Origin: the human T2T-CHM13v2.0 reference genome, Homo sapiens
Direction: 5' to 3' (one strand)
NCBI RefSeq assembly: GCF_009914755.1
Contig: NC_060941.1
DNA length: 64,000 nucleotides
The notes below the pieces were generated by a model. It did no database searches. It was not told where the DNA came from and worked only from the letters and a program-made list of their open reading frames with translations. A program made the position numbers and the translations under genes. Of this stretch, positions 28,909-44,607 are shown piece after piece (within the stretch, counting starts at the first letter, position 1; each line of letters opens with the position of its first letter).

Positions 28909-31639
28909 TTACATAAAGTTATATTTGAATTAGATATTGTCTTAAGAATACTTTAATAATCTGTAGTCTGTATGTAATTTTAAGACTCATTTACAATTCT
29001 AATATTGTACTTTATACCATACGTCTAATTTGCCTTAGCTCTTCCTACATTGCAAGGGGACCCACAAAAGCAGGAGGTCTCTTTCCACTGGAGAGCTGTT
29101 TTATTTCATAAGGAATAAAAGGTATGGAATCCCATTATGAAATTTGGGGTCAGAAGCCCAGGGTATAAACTTGGGTTGCAATTTACAAAGTATTATTGTA
29201 TTACTGGGCATGACCAGAATTTGATCAAGTACCTGTAGATCAAATCAAATCAAGAAAAATTTATCTGGAACCTTCCACGTGGGAGGTTTTGTGCCAGAGA
29301 GCACAGAATTCCTAGAATGTCCTAGAATGACTTCAGATCAGTGCAAAGACAGAGACAGCACAGACATGATTTTAATTTATAGGGTTGGAAAAGTACAAGG
29401 CTATAAAACAGGACACCTGTTGTCTTGCATTTATGTTAAAGGTTTCACCTTTTTAAAAAATAATCAGAAACACATAATCATTAGTCTTGACATAAATTAT
29501 ACTTTAGATTGGGAGTGGAAATCGTGTTTTCAGAATAGGAAGGAAGGAAAAGTAAAACCAACTGCATGTAATTTTTCAAGTGGAAACAACGGCAATATGA
29601 AGATATATGGGCGTTAGACCCACTGGTAGAGGAAGGAGGCTGTGCTCTCTTACCTCTTACCATGTCACTCCTGTGACCTCTACCATTTGAAATGCTTTGA
29701 TTCCACCTTGCCCAAGGGACCTGTGAGCACCGGGGAAAGGGATGAAGGATGCCTATGCCTGACCTCACCTTTACATTGTCTAACGACTGAAGGTATAAAT
29801 CAGCTTTCCCCTTGAAGACCCAAGTGTCAGTAGCTCATGTGAAATGCTGGAAATATTAAATGATGTCCCCGAGGGTTTTACTGTTACTCAGTTTTCTCCT
29901 GTAACTGGGAGAGCTGTTCACATGAAGGATACTCTCCCCCAGGACCTCAATTTGTATATAAAATGAAGTATGAAACTCCAACAACTTCTTGCCAGTTTGG
30001 AAAGAAAATAAACAATTAGGGGAGGCTGCACTTAGCCCATTGTCCTGTTTATATTTCATTTATCTCTTTGACTATTCCTAGTGAACAGTTTACACCAACA
30101 AAGGTGTGATAACACTCTTATTACAAATCCTTATTTCCAGGGCAACAAATCTTTGACAGTTACAAAATCACCATAGACAATTCAATGTGTTTTTGTAATG
30201 GACAAGAACAAAAGCTCTTCCTTTAATCCTATTTAGCAGAGGGAGTGTGCTAATAATTAGAAGTGAGAGGCAAGTGTCTGGATGCCAGGGTTCCATGTCT
30301 AGCTAGGACTTGGGCCTGTATCTAAATCTCCCTTCCAGATTCTTTCTGCAGAATTTACAAAATCTATGGATGCTTACTTCTCCTAATATACCTTGATTCA
30401 TTAATCCTCACCACTACCTCTATAATATGAGTAATTTTCTATAATAAGAAAAATGACCATTTTTCTCTTGATGGAGAAATTAAAGTGACTTGCTCAAGCC
30501 TCCTAGTTAGTAAGTGGACAAGGCAGGAACAGAAGGAATTATCATGGCAATCCTTAGCATTAGTCTGTCTACATCTCAGTCTTTCCTCCTCCTCTTTCCA
30601 TCAAAAACTTAAGTACTGCTACACAAAGAATACAGTCCTTATTATAGAAACATTATTATACATTTATGTGGGGCTTTAAAATTTTTTAGAGCACTGTCAA
30701 ACCTCCTATTTAACTTGGTTTTTATAATAGTCCTATTAGGTTTGTATTTACAGAGTCTGGAAGGATAGGATAAAAGTAATAAGAAACAAAATAGTTGAGA
30801 AGAAAAGCCAGGGAAATATTAAGGATTACCTAAGACATTGTAGAATCTTAATTACCCCAGGTTTGTAAAAGCTGGCCAGATACATGAAAATATTGATTAG
30901 ACTGACTGTGCCTGTGCTGTAATAGGGGAATGATCACTAAATGACTCTTTGCTCTGTGTTCTAAGGTTGGATTCCATGTATGAAAGGATATTCAGAAGAG
31001 TGTAATGTGCTCTCTTAACATGAGCTCTCTTGCCATTTAACTATGGCTGAATTAGGGGCAAACAGCACTGCTTCTCTAGAGGTAAGAGAAAGTGTGAGGG
31101 CTGAAGGTGATTTCAAACAGCAGGTGAAGGAAGATGAAGAAATAGATACTTTTCCCCTCAGAAGTCTAAAACATCTTCTGAATCAGGCCCGGTTGTTTTG
31201 TTGTTGTTGTTTTATAAGTAGAATTGGTGCTGCTTAAATGGTGTGTGTTTAAGTTAACTGGAAAAGGGCCCCTCTTCCAAAATATCTTTTCAACTGACTT
31301 CTGTAATTCCTGAAATTCCATCATTTGGGGCCCATTCCCTTAGATTAAAGCATTATTCCCTGTTGAACTACAAATGCCTCTGGGAGAGGTAGCACATTAA
31401 TCGAGATATTCTCATCCACAGTGTGGTAACAAGCTAGTACATCAGAAATCACTGGGAGGAGGAGGCACAGAGCTCCAGCTCTCCTAGGGATAAGGCACAG
31501 CTGTCTGTACCTATGCGGTAGACCACTGAGTAGAGGTAGATAACTGACAGATGTCAGGTAGCGACGCTTATCCACGAGGTCACGTGTGTGTGGCTGGCAC
31601 TATTATACGGAGCCATTATCAGTCATCGACACCTTGGAG

Positions 31640-31820
31640 CCGTGGTTCGTAACTCTGGCTGCACATCGGAATCACCTGTCTACTTTTTAAAAAAGTGTAG
31701 ATACCTGAACTGCACCCCAGATATACTGATTCAGGATTATCTGGAGTGGGGCTGAGGCATGTTTATTTTTACAAAGTTCTATGAGTAGTTCTGATGCTCA
31801 CCTAGGGCTAAGAACCACAG
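31640..31820. mobile_element. MER5B (hAT-Charlie MITE)
   Basis: Ends ccgtggttc...agaaccacag; core ggctgcacatcggaatcacctg. Confidence 0.85.
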
Positions 31821-32451
31821 CCTCAGAGTAGATTTGTATGTTAGGTCCTTATCATCCTGATGGCTTGCTGGAGGGCCTTGGTGAGGTGGGCCCAGGGAGG
31901 CCCCCAGGTGGAGGGCCTGGACAGTGAGTATCAGAACAAGCACGAGGGGCAAGAGAAGTGCTATAGGCACCAAAGTAACCAAAGGTGACCTGGAAAAGAG
32001 CCAAGACAACTTGTACACACGGCAATTTTAACAAACTACCCAGGATCATTATTACCAAGACTAGAATAAACTACATTAATCAACCAATAAAAGTTAGGAC
32101 TTCTGCATAACACCATTTAAGAAATACTAAAGAAATTATTATCTGTGCTAATATAACTCTGGCTTTAATCGTTTCCATGGCTGAGGAGGCCACTTGTAGT
32201 CATTTCATCACTGTGGTATCTTTCCCATTCTATTCCTCATAGTCTCCTCCCGAGTGTTACCCTGCTCGGTTTGTCCTCGGCTACCCTCCAAAGGAAGTCC
32301 TTACCAGATGTATCATTAGGATTAGTTTAGCCAGTGTGACGGAAAACCCCAAATAATAGAGGCCTTAACAAAATAGAAGGTAATTTGTCCCTCATGTATA
32401 AAAAGACTGGGGGGAGGCACCCCAGGAATGGGAGGGCACTTCATGCTCCTC

Positions 32452-33184
32452 TTTTTTTTCCTGAAAAAGAGTTTTGCATCTTGGTGATCACATTTATTAG
32501 AAGGGTTGGAGAAAAATAAAAATGCCATTTAGCTTAAGAAGTTATGAATTATCTGGGCTGGGTGCAGTGGCTCATGCTTGTAATCCCAGCACTTTGGAGG
32601 GCCAAGGTGGGAGGATGGCTTAAGCCCAGGAGTTTGAGACCAGGCTGGGCAGCACAGTGAGACCCCACCTCTATTAAAAAAAATTTTTTTTTAATAGAAG
32701 TTATGAGTTGTCTGCAAATCAATTCATTTCAGGAGTGGGAGAATTTCTTAATATCAAAATGTTTGCTGGTTTCTCTTTTGAATGTCCTGAACATTTAAAG
32801 AGGTACCTGTACAAAATCTCCTATTTTCCATATGGGATAAATTGTTTCAGCCAACTCTCAACGGAGGGACAACCAGGACAAAACATCTTCTGGGAAAAAC
32901 AGCATTCGAATATTCTGTTTCGCTGATTTATATATCTCTTATATATGATGGCTTCTTCCTCAATTTCTGTAGTAGTCACAGTTTCTTCCACATCTCCCAA
33001 TAACATATTTAAATGTAGATCATAAGCATGTAATCTGCCTAGAAGCTCCTGGTAATCTCTCATTTATCCATAAATTCATTTATCCAGGCTGAGCCTGATG
33101 AAATCAAGGGGCTCCTCTATGGTGTTGGTAGTTTGTTGCTGGTTTATGTCGTCCACCATGTTTCAAACCCTTCGCCCTTTCCTC
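32452..33184 (-). pseudogene. LSM3 processed pseudogene (CDS remnant 33159-32847, 3'UTR, AATAAA, A-tail)
   Basis: Translates [61 protein letters not shown], close to LSM3; intronless; stops at 33076-78 and 33064-66; frameshifts near the C-terminus; poly(A) signal at 32493-32498. Confidence 0.95.
32555..32695 (+). mobile_element. FLAM (Alu left monomer) inserted in the LSM3 pseudogene 3'UTR
   Basis: Monomer Alu; TSD agaagttatgaattatct / agaagttatgagttgtct. Confidence 0.9.
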
Positions 33185-34217
33185 TTCAGGCTCTTTCTAT
33201 CTTTATAAAGTATGTCATTTGTTCGTCATGGTCCAAACTGGCTCCAGTTCCAGCCAGCAGGAAGGAGGAAAGGGGCAACACAGACAGCACCACCATCCCT
33301 CTACCTGCTTAAGGACACTTGTGTGTGGCCCTAAAAAGTTGACACATTACTTACACATTCCACTAACCAGAAGTTAAATCACGTGGTCAAATCTAGTTGC
33401 CGTGGAGGCAGGGAGTTGTTCTGGGCAGCCACGAACCCAGAACTGGGGGCTAGCTAGCAGTCTCAGCTACACCAGTAATACTGCACACAGCTAAATAAGT
33501 ATTGGCAGTCACCTTATGAACCTAGAATATCCCACTGGAAAGAAAGAAAATGAGTATGGTAAGAGAAGACTGCTTAATTCCAGGTGTTGGGTAATTCGTG
33601 GCGATTAGAGGAAAGTGTTTTCCACTAATGAAGAGTGAGAATTTGTTCAAAGTAGTTATCTGTGGTCCAAGAATCATAACAGAGGCCTCAAATAAATGAA
33701 GTGTTGGTTTATCTTTTGAAAGGTTATGTTTCCTCTTGGAATTATGTGATTCAAAAGTCCACCTCTTGCCTAAGGAAGGACTGGAATACAGGCCTTCTTG
33801 TCCAAGTTCCTGAAGTTAACTTCTATAACACTGTCAGGAGCAGAACAACATATAAGACCACTGGAGTGTGCGCTAGCTGTTAGTGCTCACAAAAAGTAGG
33901 AGAAATGTTAGTACTAATTTCACACCCAAATTTGCTTAGATGTGCTTAAAAAGATTCTGATCAATGAAAAGGTATACTTTTCCCTAACTCTAGGGCTCCA
34001 AGTGCTTGAGGGTTACAGATAATGCTGTTCTAGATGCATGTGGTATAAAATACAAATAATCTGTTTAAGTCTATGGCAATGTTTGGATTGCTTCACTGAC
34101 TAGGATGATTTTAAAAGTAAAGCACTGTATCTTTTCCAATCTGATCTCCCTAAATCATGCAATAGACTTGTTTCCTTTCTTTGTGTTTCTCATTTGTCCA
34201 GCTCATTGAATCGTATG

Positions 34218-34850
34218 GCTATTTACCTCAGTTAGATAGAGAAACATGGTGCTAAGGAGACGAAGGTGACCTGGTGCTAAGGAGACAAGGCTTTATCCCA
34301 AGTGGGTTGATTGGCGTGCAGAATTCAGTTCTGTTCCATGTCTAGTTGACTGCTTCTCTACCCCTGGCTAGTTATTCTGAGGGGATGCATGCTTCTTAAA
34401 ATGGGGGGCTGAGTAGGAAAGAGTGGGTGCCTCAGCAGAATTAAGCTGTACTGTTGGCCGGGCTCAGTGGCTCATGCCTGTAATCCCAGCACTTTGGGAG
34501 GCTGAGGCGTGTGGATCACCTGAGGTCAGGAGCTCGAGACCAGCCTGACAAACATGGAGAAACCCCATCTCTACTAAATATACAAAAATTAGCCGGGTGT
34601 GGTGGCAGGTGCCTTTAATTTCAGCTACTTGGGAGGCTGAGGTAGGAGAATCGCTTGAACCCGTGCTTGAACACCACGGAGGTTGCAGTGAGCCGAGATC
34701 ACACCATTGCACTCCAGCCTGGGCAACAAGAGCAAAACTCTGTCTCAAAAAAAAAAAAAAAAAAAAGCTGTACTGTTGTAAACGCCCTGCAAAGGCCCTT
34801 ATACAGAGTTGATGGGCCAGAAGTACCTCTATGCAAAGAGGAACATAAGT
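34218..34850 (+). mobile_element. Ancient tRNA-derived SINE (MamSINE1-like), split by an Alu
   Basis: tRNA-like head ctcagttagatagag..catggtgctaa..aaggt, then ctgttccatg..gactgc..acccctggc..gatgggccag resembling the recalled consensus. Confidence 0.6.
34456..34766 (+). mobile_element. AluS
   Basis: Perfect TSD aagctgtactgtt. Confidence 0.95.
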
Positions 34851-35840
34851 AGTTTGGATATGAAATGGTCTCTCCAACAATAAGCCATTCTACTTTCAGG
34901 AGACTATGACCTAGCAGCTTGGAGATTGAACTGTGGCATCAGGAATGGAAAAGAAAGCTAGTGTGGCAAGAACAACTGTCATATTCACAGGACAAGGTTT
35001 AGGGCTCTCCGTCTTCTGCTTCTTGCTGATCTGGGTCACCACATTCTGCCTCCTATTTCCAACCTACCTTGGTGTTTCCCACCCCCAGCTGAGTTGTCAC
35101 TATGTGTTGAGGAAAATCATCTCCATAACAGGAATGATATTTGCCACTGTTTTCACTTATTCTAGATAGAAATGTTATTTCTCACCACAGAGGAAGACTT
35201 TTTTCCCTCTTATCAAAATCTGTCAGTCTATCCACACAACCTGGAGAACAAATGTGTTTTTTATCCCTCTGTGAACAAACACGGCTCAGCACCTGCACAG
35301 CACTCAAGGGTGGCCAGACCTCATCCTGACTCTGAGCCGACTGCTGCTCTTGGAGAGAGAAAGTAAAAATGATTGATTCTACATCTTAATTAAGATAAAC
35401 AAAGAGGGACATCAAATAATGGCCCTGACAGTTTGAAACAAACTAAAAATACAGCTTAGCATTTCATAAAATAAAAAGCGTTTGATGTGAGGATGGCAGT
35501 TTAATAATTTGTAAATATCACTGGCTTAGTATTATAGCTAATCCAAATATTTTCATTTCTCATCATAAGTCACCCTCTGTTGATGGCTTGTCCTCTTCAA
35601 CTTACAGCTTTCACCCTCGAGCCTTCAACAGAGGCAGAGAGGAGAGGAACAGAAAGGATCACAGGTTCTCTCTGGAATGTGAATTACAGCCTCAGCTTCC
35701 TTTATACTTTCTGATTCTGAATATTCACTAGAAAATACCACTGACCAGCCCAAAGGATGTATTGCCTTCTTCTTCATCTCCTCTAAAACATATCAAACTT
35801 TAATTACAGCTTCCTATTAGCTTCTGATTGTTTCTTCTTC

Positions 35841-35969
35841 TTTAATTTTTTGTAGAGATGGGATTTTGCCATGTTGCCCAGGCTGGTGTCAAACTCTTGG
35901 GTTCAAGCAATCTACCCACCTTGGCCTCCCAAGTGCTGGAATTACAGGCATAGGCCATTGCACTGGGCC
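35841..35969 (-). mobile_element. FLAM monomer
   Basis: TSD ctgattgtttctt. Confidence 0.88.
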
Positions 35970-35982
35970 TGATTGTTTCTTA

Positions 35983-36519
<537 letters not shown>

Positions 36520-37906
36520 TAGAGAAATAAAAAAATTGAACCACCATACTAACTGTAATGTTCCTACAGTACTGTTTTTATATCATAATGAAATAGTCAG
36601 CTATAGATCTATATCTAAAATGTGTTTTATTGCCCTAATGCCCTCTGAAGAAGGGTAGCTGAAGGGTAGGGGTATTCTTGTTAATGCCTATGTCTACACT
36701 TCCTTGGGTGGGTATGGAGGAAGACAAGCAGAAAGCTGTGATAATAATTATAAAAAGATAAAAGTGGAAACCTCTATGTTGGCCATAGCCTTGTGATTTG
36801 GCTTTTGTGAAAAATATTCAGGGAAATAGTAGGGAATTTTAACAATTGATTTGGAATTCCCCAGGGTGCAAGCCACAACATATATCTGCGAAAGCAGAAC
36901 CGAAGGAACACCATTGGGCAGACGGAGGCTTTGGGCTTTTTAAAAAGGTATGTAAAAAGGGAAGGGTGAGGATGCAGATGTGTCAGATCAGCCTGTTGTG
37001 AGATATGACTCTGGACTCAGGAGAAGACCATTTTCTCATGGCCTCCCCATTCTTTTTGCTAAGGTTCTTAACAGAAATTTTTTTTTTTCCTGCTGTTGGA
37101 TGATACCAAGTCCAGGCTCGAGACCACACTGGATGGACATGACAGGCAGGGGCCCACAGAGGGAAGCTGCAGTTCAGATAATTCTCCACAGGGAAGCAGT
37201 ATGAGATCAGGGTTTAGATAGAGGCAGCCCCAGCATCACCAGCTCTCCCTGGTTCTAATTGGAGACAGTTTTCCTCCTTTCCTTTCACTGTGTAAGATAA
37301 GCACCAACAGGGCAAGCTCACCTTTCAGGAGAGCCCCTGAGCCTAACTGCAATCCTCCATGTAGCCCTTTACTCCCAGGCCTGTTCCTCCTCACTTAAAC
37401 AGCTGGCTTTCAGCATATTGCTTTGTTTATTCCATCTCTGACCTATGCATTATCTGAAGGATGCCATAAGGGTTCAACATGCCCACCTTTGTGAAATTAC
37501 CTCATTCTGAGCTGCTGGGTTCATACCACTGACACAGAGGGGAAACCTGCAGAGGGAAGCTTAGCAACATGTCACACACATGTTGTTCTTGGCAGTATGA
37601 ATTCCGGTGACTTTTGACATTTCTTAAACAGGAGTCAGTTATATCTTTCCTACTCTGAGGAAAATGGTGCCAGCTACAACTTGATCTTGTTTGAGTTATA
37701 GAAGCAATACAACTTTATAGACAAGACTCTGAATAGAGAGCTTACAACTGAGATTCTATCTTGACAACATCCCATTGATAGAGTGTGTGATAACTGCAAA
37801 GCCACTATTTATCTTACTTGCTTATGAAATTGAAATAACATATTGCTGATAAGTCTTAAGAACTAAGTACCCTATGTCCACTTTGCACAAGCACCCAATA
37901 CTGTGA

Positions 37907-38209
<303 letters not shown>

Positions 38210-38823
38210 TGAATATTCATAAGAGATAAAATTTTGCCCTCTCTTTTGTCAGACATTCTCTAGAATGCATGTTCTTTCATGGACAGATTGGAAAATATTA
38301 TAAGTATCAGATTCAAAACTTTCTAAGAAATTTAAATGTTGAATTCTTCTAATACAAGAAGCAAAAATTCCATTTTCAGCGTTTCATGTGTTGAGAGTGA
38401 AAAGGGGGAATATAAGAAAGAAGTGAAGTCCAGATTTCCTAAAGTACATCTCAGGTAAGCCTCTCTCTTATCACATATTTTATTTTTTTACCTGAAATAT
38501 TTCAGAACTTAAATGTTTTTGTCAAATTTGAAAAAGGTGTGTGGTATTGACTTCTTCATACTGATCTCATTTTTATTTTCTTTATAGTCTGTCCAAATCA
38601 TTTTCAGGCCCCTTAAATCAGTTACCTTTCTTCTAGGGACAATCAATAGAAAGCAAGCAAAAAGAAAAAAGAGTGAGACCTGCCCTCTCAGTGGTCTCCT
38701 GGGTAACTTTATCTCCCAGACAGGATGATGCAAAGATGAACAGAAGAGGGGTTTCTGAATAGATTTCCAGTAGGATTGCTGTCAAGATGGGATCAGCTGC
38801 AATGGTGCCAGATAAAAACTGCA

Positions 38824-39080
38824 GGAGACCGAGATGGGTGGATTGCTTGAGCTCAGGTGTTTGAGACCAGCCTGGGCAACAGGGCAAAACCCCATTTCTA
38901 CAAAATACACAAAAATTAGCCTGGCCTGGTGGTGTGCACCTGTAGTCCCAGCTGCTCGGGAGGCTGAGGTGAGAGGATAGCTTGAGCCAAGAGGTCGAGA
39001 CTGCAGTGGGCTGAGATTGTGCCACTGCACTCCAGCTTGGGTGACAGAGGAAGATATTGTCTCTAAATAAATAAATAAGA
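38824..39080 (+). mobile_element. 5'-truncated AluJ
   Basis: Starts at ggagaccgagatgggtgg; (TAAA)n tail. Confidence 0.9.
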
Positions 39081-41949
39081 AAAGGTTAGGTAAAGGTAAA
39101 AATTATATGGAGTCCACTGCAATATCTCTTATCCAAAAGAAATTTGTTAAAAAAAAATTTTAACAGCTCAAACTACCTTTGAGGCTAATAAAGGCACCAA
39201 AATGGATTATCAGACCATGATTTGAGGTTTGAAAAAGGATGCCAGTGCTGACTGACTGGGAAGCTATTGGAAATAAATTAAAAGGCTACATTATGTGAAA
39301 CAGAGGGTCACAGCATAGGAACATCTTGAAAAGCCATAGGTGCACCAATTACATTTATCAAGATGTTAGTGAAAGCTTTGTGTATGGCTTGTTTTTGCAG
39401 GTCATTTGTATGAGATATTGTTGGATAAACTGATTTCATAGAGAAGGAGGAAGGTACTAAGTATCACATTGTGTTAATGTGCCAGCTTGCCACCTTTGGG
39501 ATCAGATTTGGTGCAGGGCACAAATGAAATGAGTTTGGTGGCTTCAAGCTAGGCTACCACTGATATTTATCCTTAAACAAAATCACAAATCATTTGCTAA
39601 CAGCTAGGATCAGAGACCTGGGGCTGAGACAGTAAGAATGTTGCAGGTCAGGAGGAAGACTAGCTGGCAGAGTTGGGTTAGGGAAGCAGCCATTTCCTCT
39701 AGGTCTCCAGCTTGGCTTCAGCTTATGTTACCAACCAACCCTTCTCATCCATAAACACTGACATTCACACTGATTTTACAACCTCTCTTTGCCTGGCAAA
39801 CCCAACATCAATATTCCCAACAGCATTTCATGAAACCTCTAGTTATCAAAGTCCTCATCACTTAATCAATTCTAAGAATAATAATTTCATAAACACTATG
39901 GAAAAGGAGTCCTATTATTAGACTGTAACTGTCCTTAGCAAAATAATGGAACTTGGTTGTTCTAGTGAATTCTAAATTTAAACACTGCTTGCTCTGTCTC
40001 CACTCAACGAAGAGCTTGTGTGCTACTCTGATGAAAATGCAAAGAATTAGAAAACAATGACTGTGTGAATGACATTTACAGAGATCTCATACTGGAAAGG
40101 GCACATTTTATTGTGACTTTGTGTCAAAAGTGTAGTTTCATCAGAGCACAGGAGGCAAAAGAAACAGGCAATCAATACTTGGGCCTCTAATATCTGAACT
40201 GAGAAAGAAAATCATTATCCTGTTACTTCTATTGTAGGGTGATGCTTGAAATACTGCACCTTGTTTCCATAATAATTCAATATTTTGGGGGTTTCAGATT
40301 GTTAAAAAAAAAACCCTCATGGGGTGGCCATGTGAAATCAGAACATGAAGAGTAGAAAGGAATAAACATGCACACATTTTACAGTGGGAATAAAGAGAAA
40401 GGCAGATTAAGAAAGAGAAATAGAAAAAATATAACAACCTAATTTCCTATTAGTATTTATCTAATAGTATATGTTTAATTTTGGAATCTCTAGAATTAAC
40501 CTGAAAGAGTTCTTTGCTTCCAATTTTTTGAACAAAACACACAGATTTCCAATAGAGAAGAGTCCCCTCAATATTAATGAGGTTACTTGGGCAGAATTTT
40601 TATCTCTAGATTTATTGAAAATTGTATTCCATTGTTGAGAAACTAAAACCCAGGTGGGAACCATGTGGAATGTGACATTTGATTTTAAAAGTCAGTTGTA
40701 CTATTCACTTCTCATTGGCAAAAAAACTGGCCACTGAACTTGAACTTCTTGCTGACAAAAGGAGAGGAATTATCATCCACAAACCTTTTTGAAACTCTTA
40801 TATGTCCAGCCTCAAATAAAGCACCAGTTCTGCCTATTTCTAATATGACTGTTTATTGGTTAGTATTTTCAAAACACTTCAAGGCAATTAAACCCTTCCC
40901 CCTCTAGATTTCAGCATCCAGTTTAAAAGTCTCTCTGAATACATATTATGGAGAATAGGGTCATGTCAGTTAATGTTAGTTGCAAAAACAAGTACAGCTG
41001 TCCTCAACCTGACTTTCATACTTTTGTGTGTTGGTACCATAACCCAGTTATTTAAATTCTGGGTTTTTTCCTCTTAGAATTATTATTGATGAAATTAGCA
41101 TTATATAGTCATAAAGTCATTACCTGCTTTTCTAGGCTGTCTGCTGCACCCCCATGGAGAGCTAAGTGGGCCCTTAATGAACAAGAAAAGGTTATCTGGC
41201 TGCACACGGTGTCTCCCAGTCTGCTCTGGCTAGAAGCTACAGCAGCCACAGATAACAGTTCAAAGTCATGCAAATGAGGGCTAGGCTACCACTTTGTTCC
41301 TCACAGAGGAGATGTTCCTGTGATCCACTGGCAAATGTACAATGGAAGCAGGAAAAAAGGATATTTTCAGAGACCTAATCCCTCCAGGCAGCTGGTTTAT
41401 TTCAATTGAAGAAACTACTACAGCCACCCACCAGAATTGCTAAAATTAAGAAACACTGACAATACCAAGTATCAGTGAGAATGAGGAGCAACTGGAATTT
41501 TCACACATTGTTGGTGGGAGTAAAAATGGTACAAGTCTGTTGGAAAAATGTTTGGTAGAATCTCCTAAAGCGGAATACGCACATACCCTCTAATTCAGCA
41601 ATTCCTCTCCTAGCTATATACCAAACAGAAATGCCAACATAGTGGTGCTCCAAAAGTCTGATATAAGATTGTTCACAGCAGCATTATTTACAATATTTCC
41701 AAAGCAGAAAAAAACCATACGTTTACCTACCATAGAATGAAATAAAATGAATAAAGGAAATACTATATAGTAATGAGAACAAAGGAACTACATGTGTTTT
41801 GCTACATGCAAAAACACGGACAATCCTCACAAATATAATGCTAAATGAAAGAGTCCAGACACACAAAAGTATATATAGTATGAATCTGTTCATATGAAGT
41901 TCAAGTATAGGCAAAATTAATCTGGTGATAGAAGTCAGAATAGTAGTTA

Positions 41950-42366
<417 letters not shown>

Positions 42367-42405
42367 TTACATAAGTGTGTTCACTTTGTTAAAAAAAATC
42401 ACCAG

Positions 42406-42798
<393 letters not shown>

Positions 42799-43876
42799 TT
42801 ACTAACTAATGCCTTTGTCAACTTCTGAAACACTAGGAAACAAAGGAAGAATGACTAAAACAGTTTCTCCTTGAGTAAAGTTTGCTACAGAATTACTTTT
42901 TAAAAATCCTAGAGAAATTACATAGGCATGGCTAAAAGAATTTGTATTTCCTAGCCTGGAGCTCATAAGGCTAAATGGTGTTTTGGTTTAAACCTTCAAG
43001 TACTGTATAGTGCATTATATCAAATGTTTTATAAGGAGGTTACTAACCAGCTAATTCTGTTCGTGCCGCAAGAGAAATTGACTTAAATTAAAACAGGAGC
43101 AATTTCAAGAAGTTAAATAATTGTGGGATCAGAATTGCCGAGTATCTTTAAGAAATCCACAAGGTTGCCTGCAGTCTCTTTCAGTTCTGTTCTCCAGTTC
43201 AACAGTGGGATGGTGGCGTAATTTAAAAATCTGCCCTTCACAGAGAGCACTGCATGTTTTAAGGGCTCTTGCCCTAAACTCACTTATCAATACTGAAATA
43301 TCCCTAACTCAGTTTCTCTGTCTAGACGTCTCTGTTGCCCACTCCTCCTGATGATAAAGGAGGGAGAAAGCCCAATTGGTTAACATCTATAATTTGTAGT
43401 GATTCTGTGATGAAATATGGTATGTAAATGTAAAGAATTATTATTATAATAAGCCCAGTCAACCACAACAATGGTGGTTGGTGGTGCCAGAAATGTCTAA
43501 GGGGTAACTTGGAACTCTTACCACTCTCTCAGAAATTAAGTTGCTACAGTTAGCTACAGGCTTTGAGAAGTAGAGGGAACCACAAAGAGCCTAAGCGTAG
43601 GGAGCTGAGGTAAAAGGAGCTTGGTCTAAAGGAAACCCTAGGCAAATATGACAAAAAGGGTTCCTCACGCTAATACAAATCAATAATAGTTTTAGCTATC
43701 ATCTAGGATTTTCTAGAAGTTTTCTTTCCATTAATTACTCTTCCTTCATACTCCTACACTCTTTCTGTCTCTAAGAAAAACTGTATTCAAGAGATATTGA
43801 TGAACTGACTTGGGTTTTTTTGTTTGTTTTGTTTTGCTTTGCTTTTGTAGCTGAAAAATGTACATAGCTAAAATAG

Positions 43877-44164
<288 letters not shown>

Positions 44165-44201
44165 TAGAATAATTTTAATGCTTCCTAAAATGTCCTCTTA
44201 A

Positions 44202-44607
<406 letters not shown>

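Larger units (their letters stand above)
32310..33450. mobile_element. MLT1J/L-like ERVL-MaLR solo LTR split by the LSM3 retrocopy
   Basis: Left flank (gaaaaccccaaataatagaggccttaacaaaatagaagg) and right flank (cagcaggaaggaggaaagggg...ccagaagttaaatcacgtggtc...ctgggcagccac) resemble consecutive parts of the MLT1 consensus. Confidence 0.7.

Noticed and set aside
32821-33063. 80-aa Sm-fold-like ORF as a functional gene
   Set aside because: Residual frame of the LSM3 pseudogene, with upstream stops and a frameshifted C-terminus.
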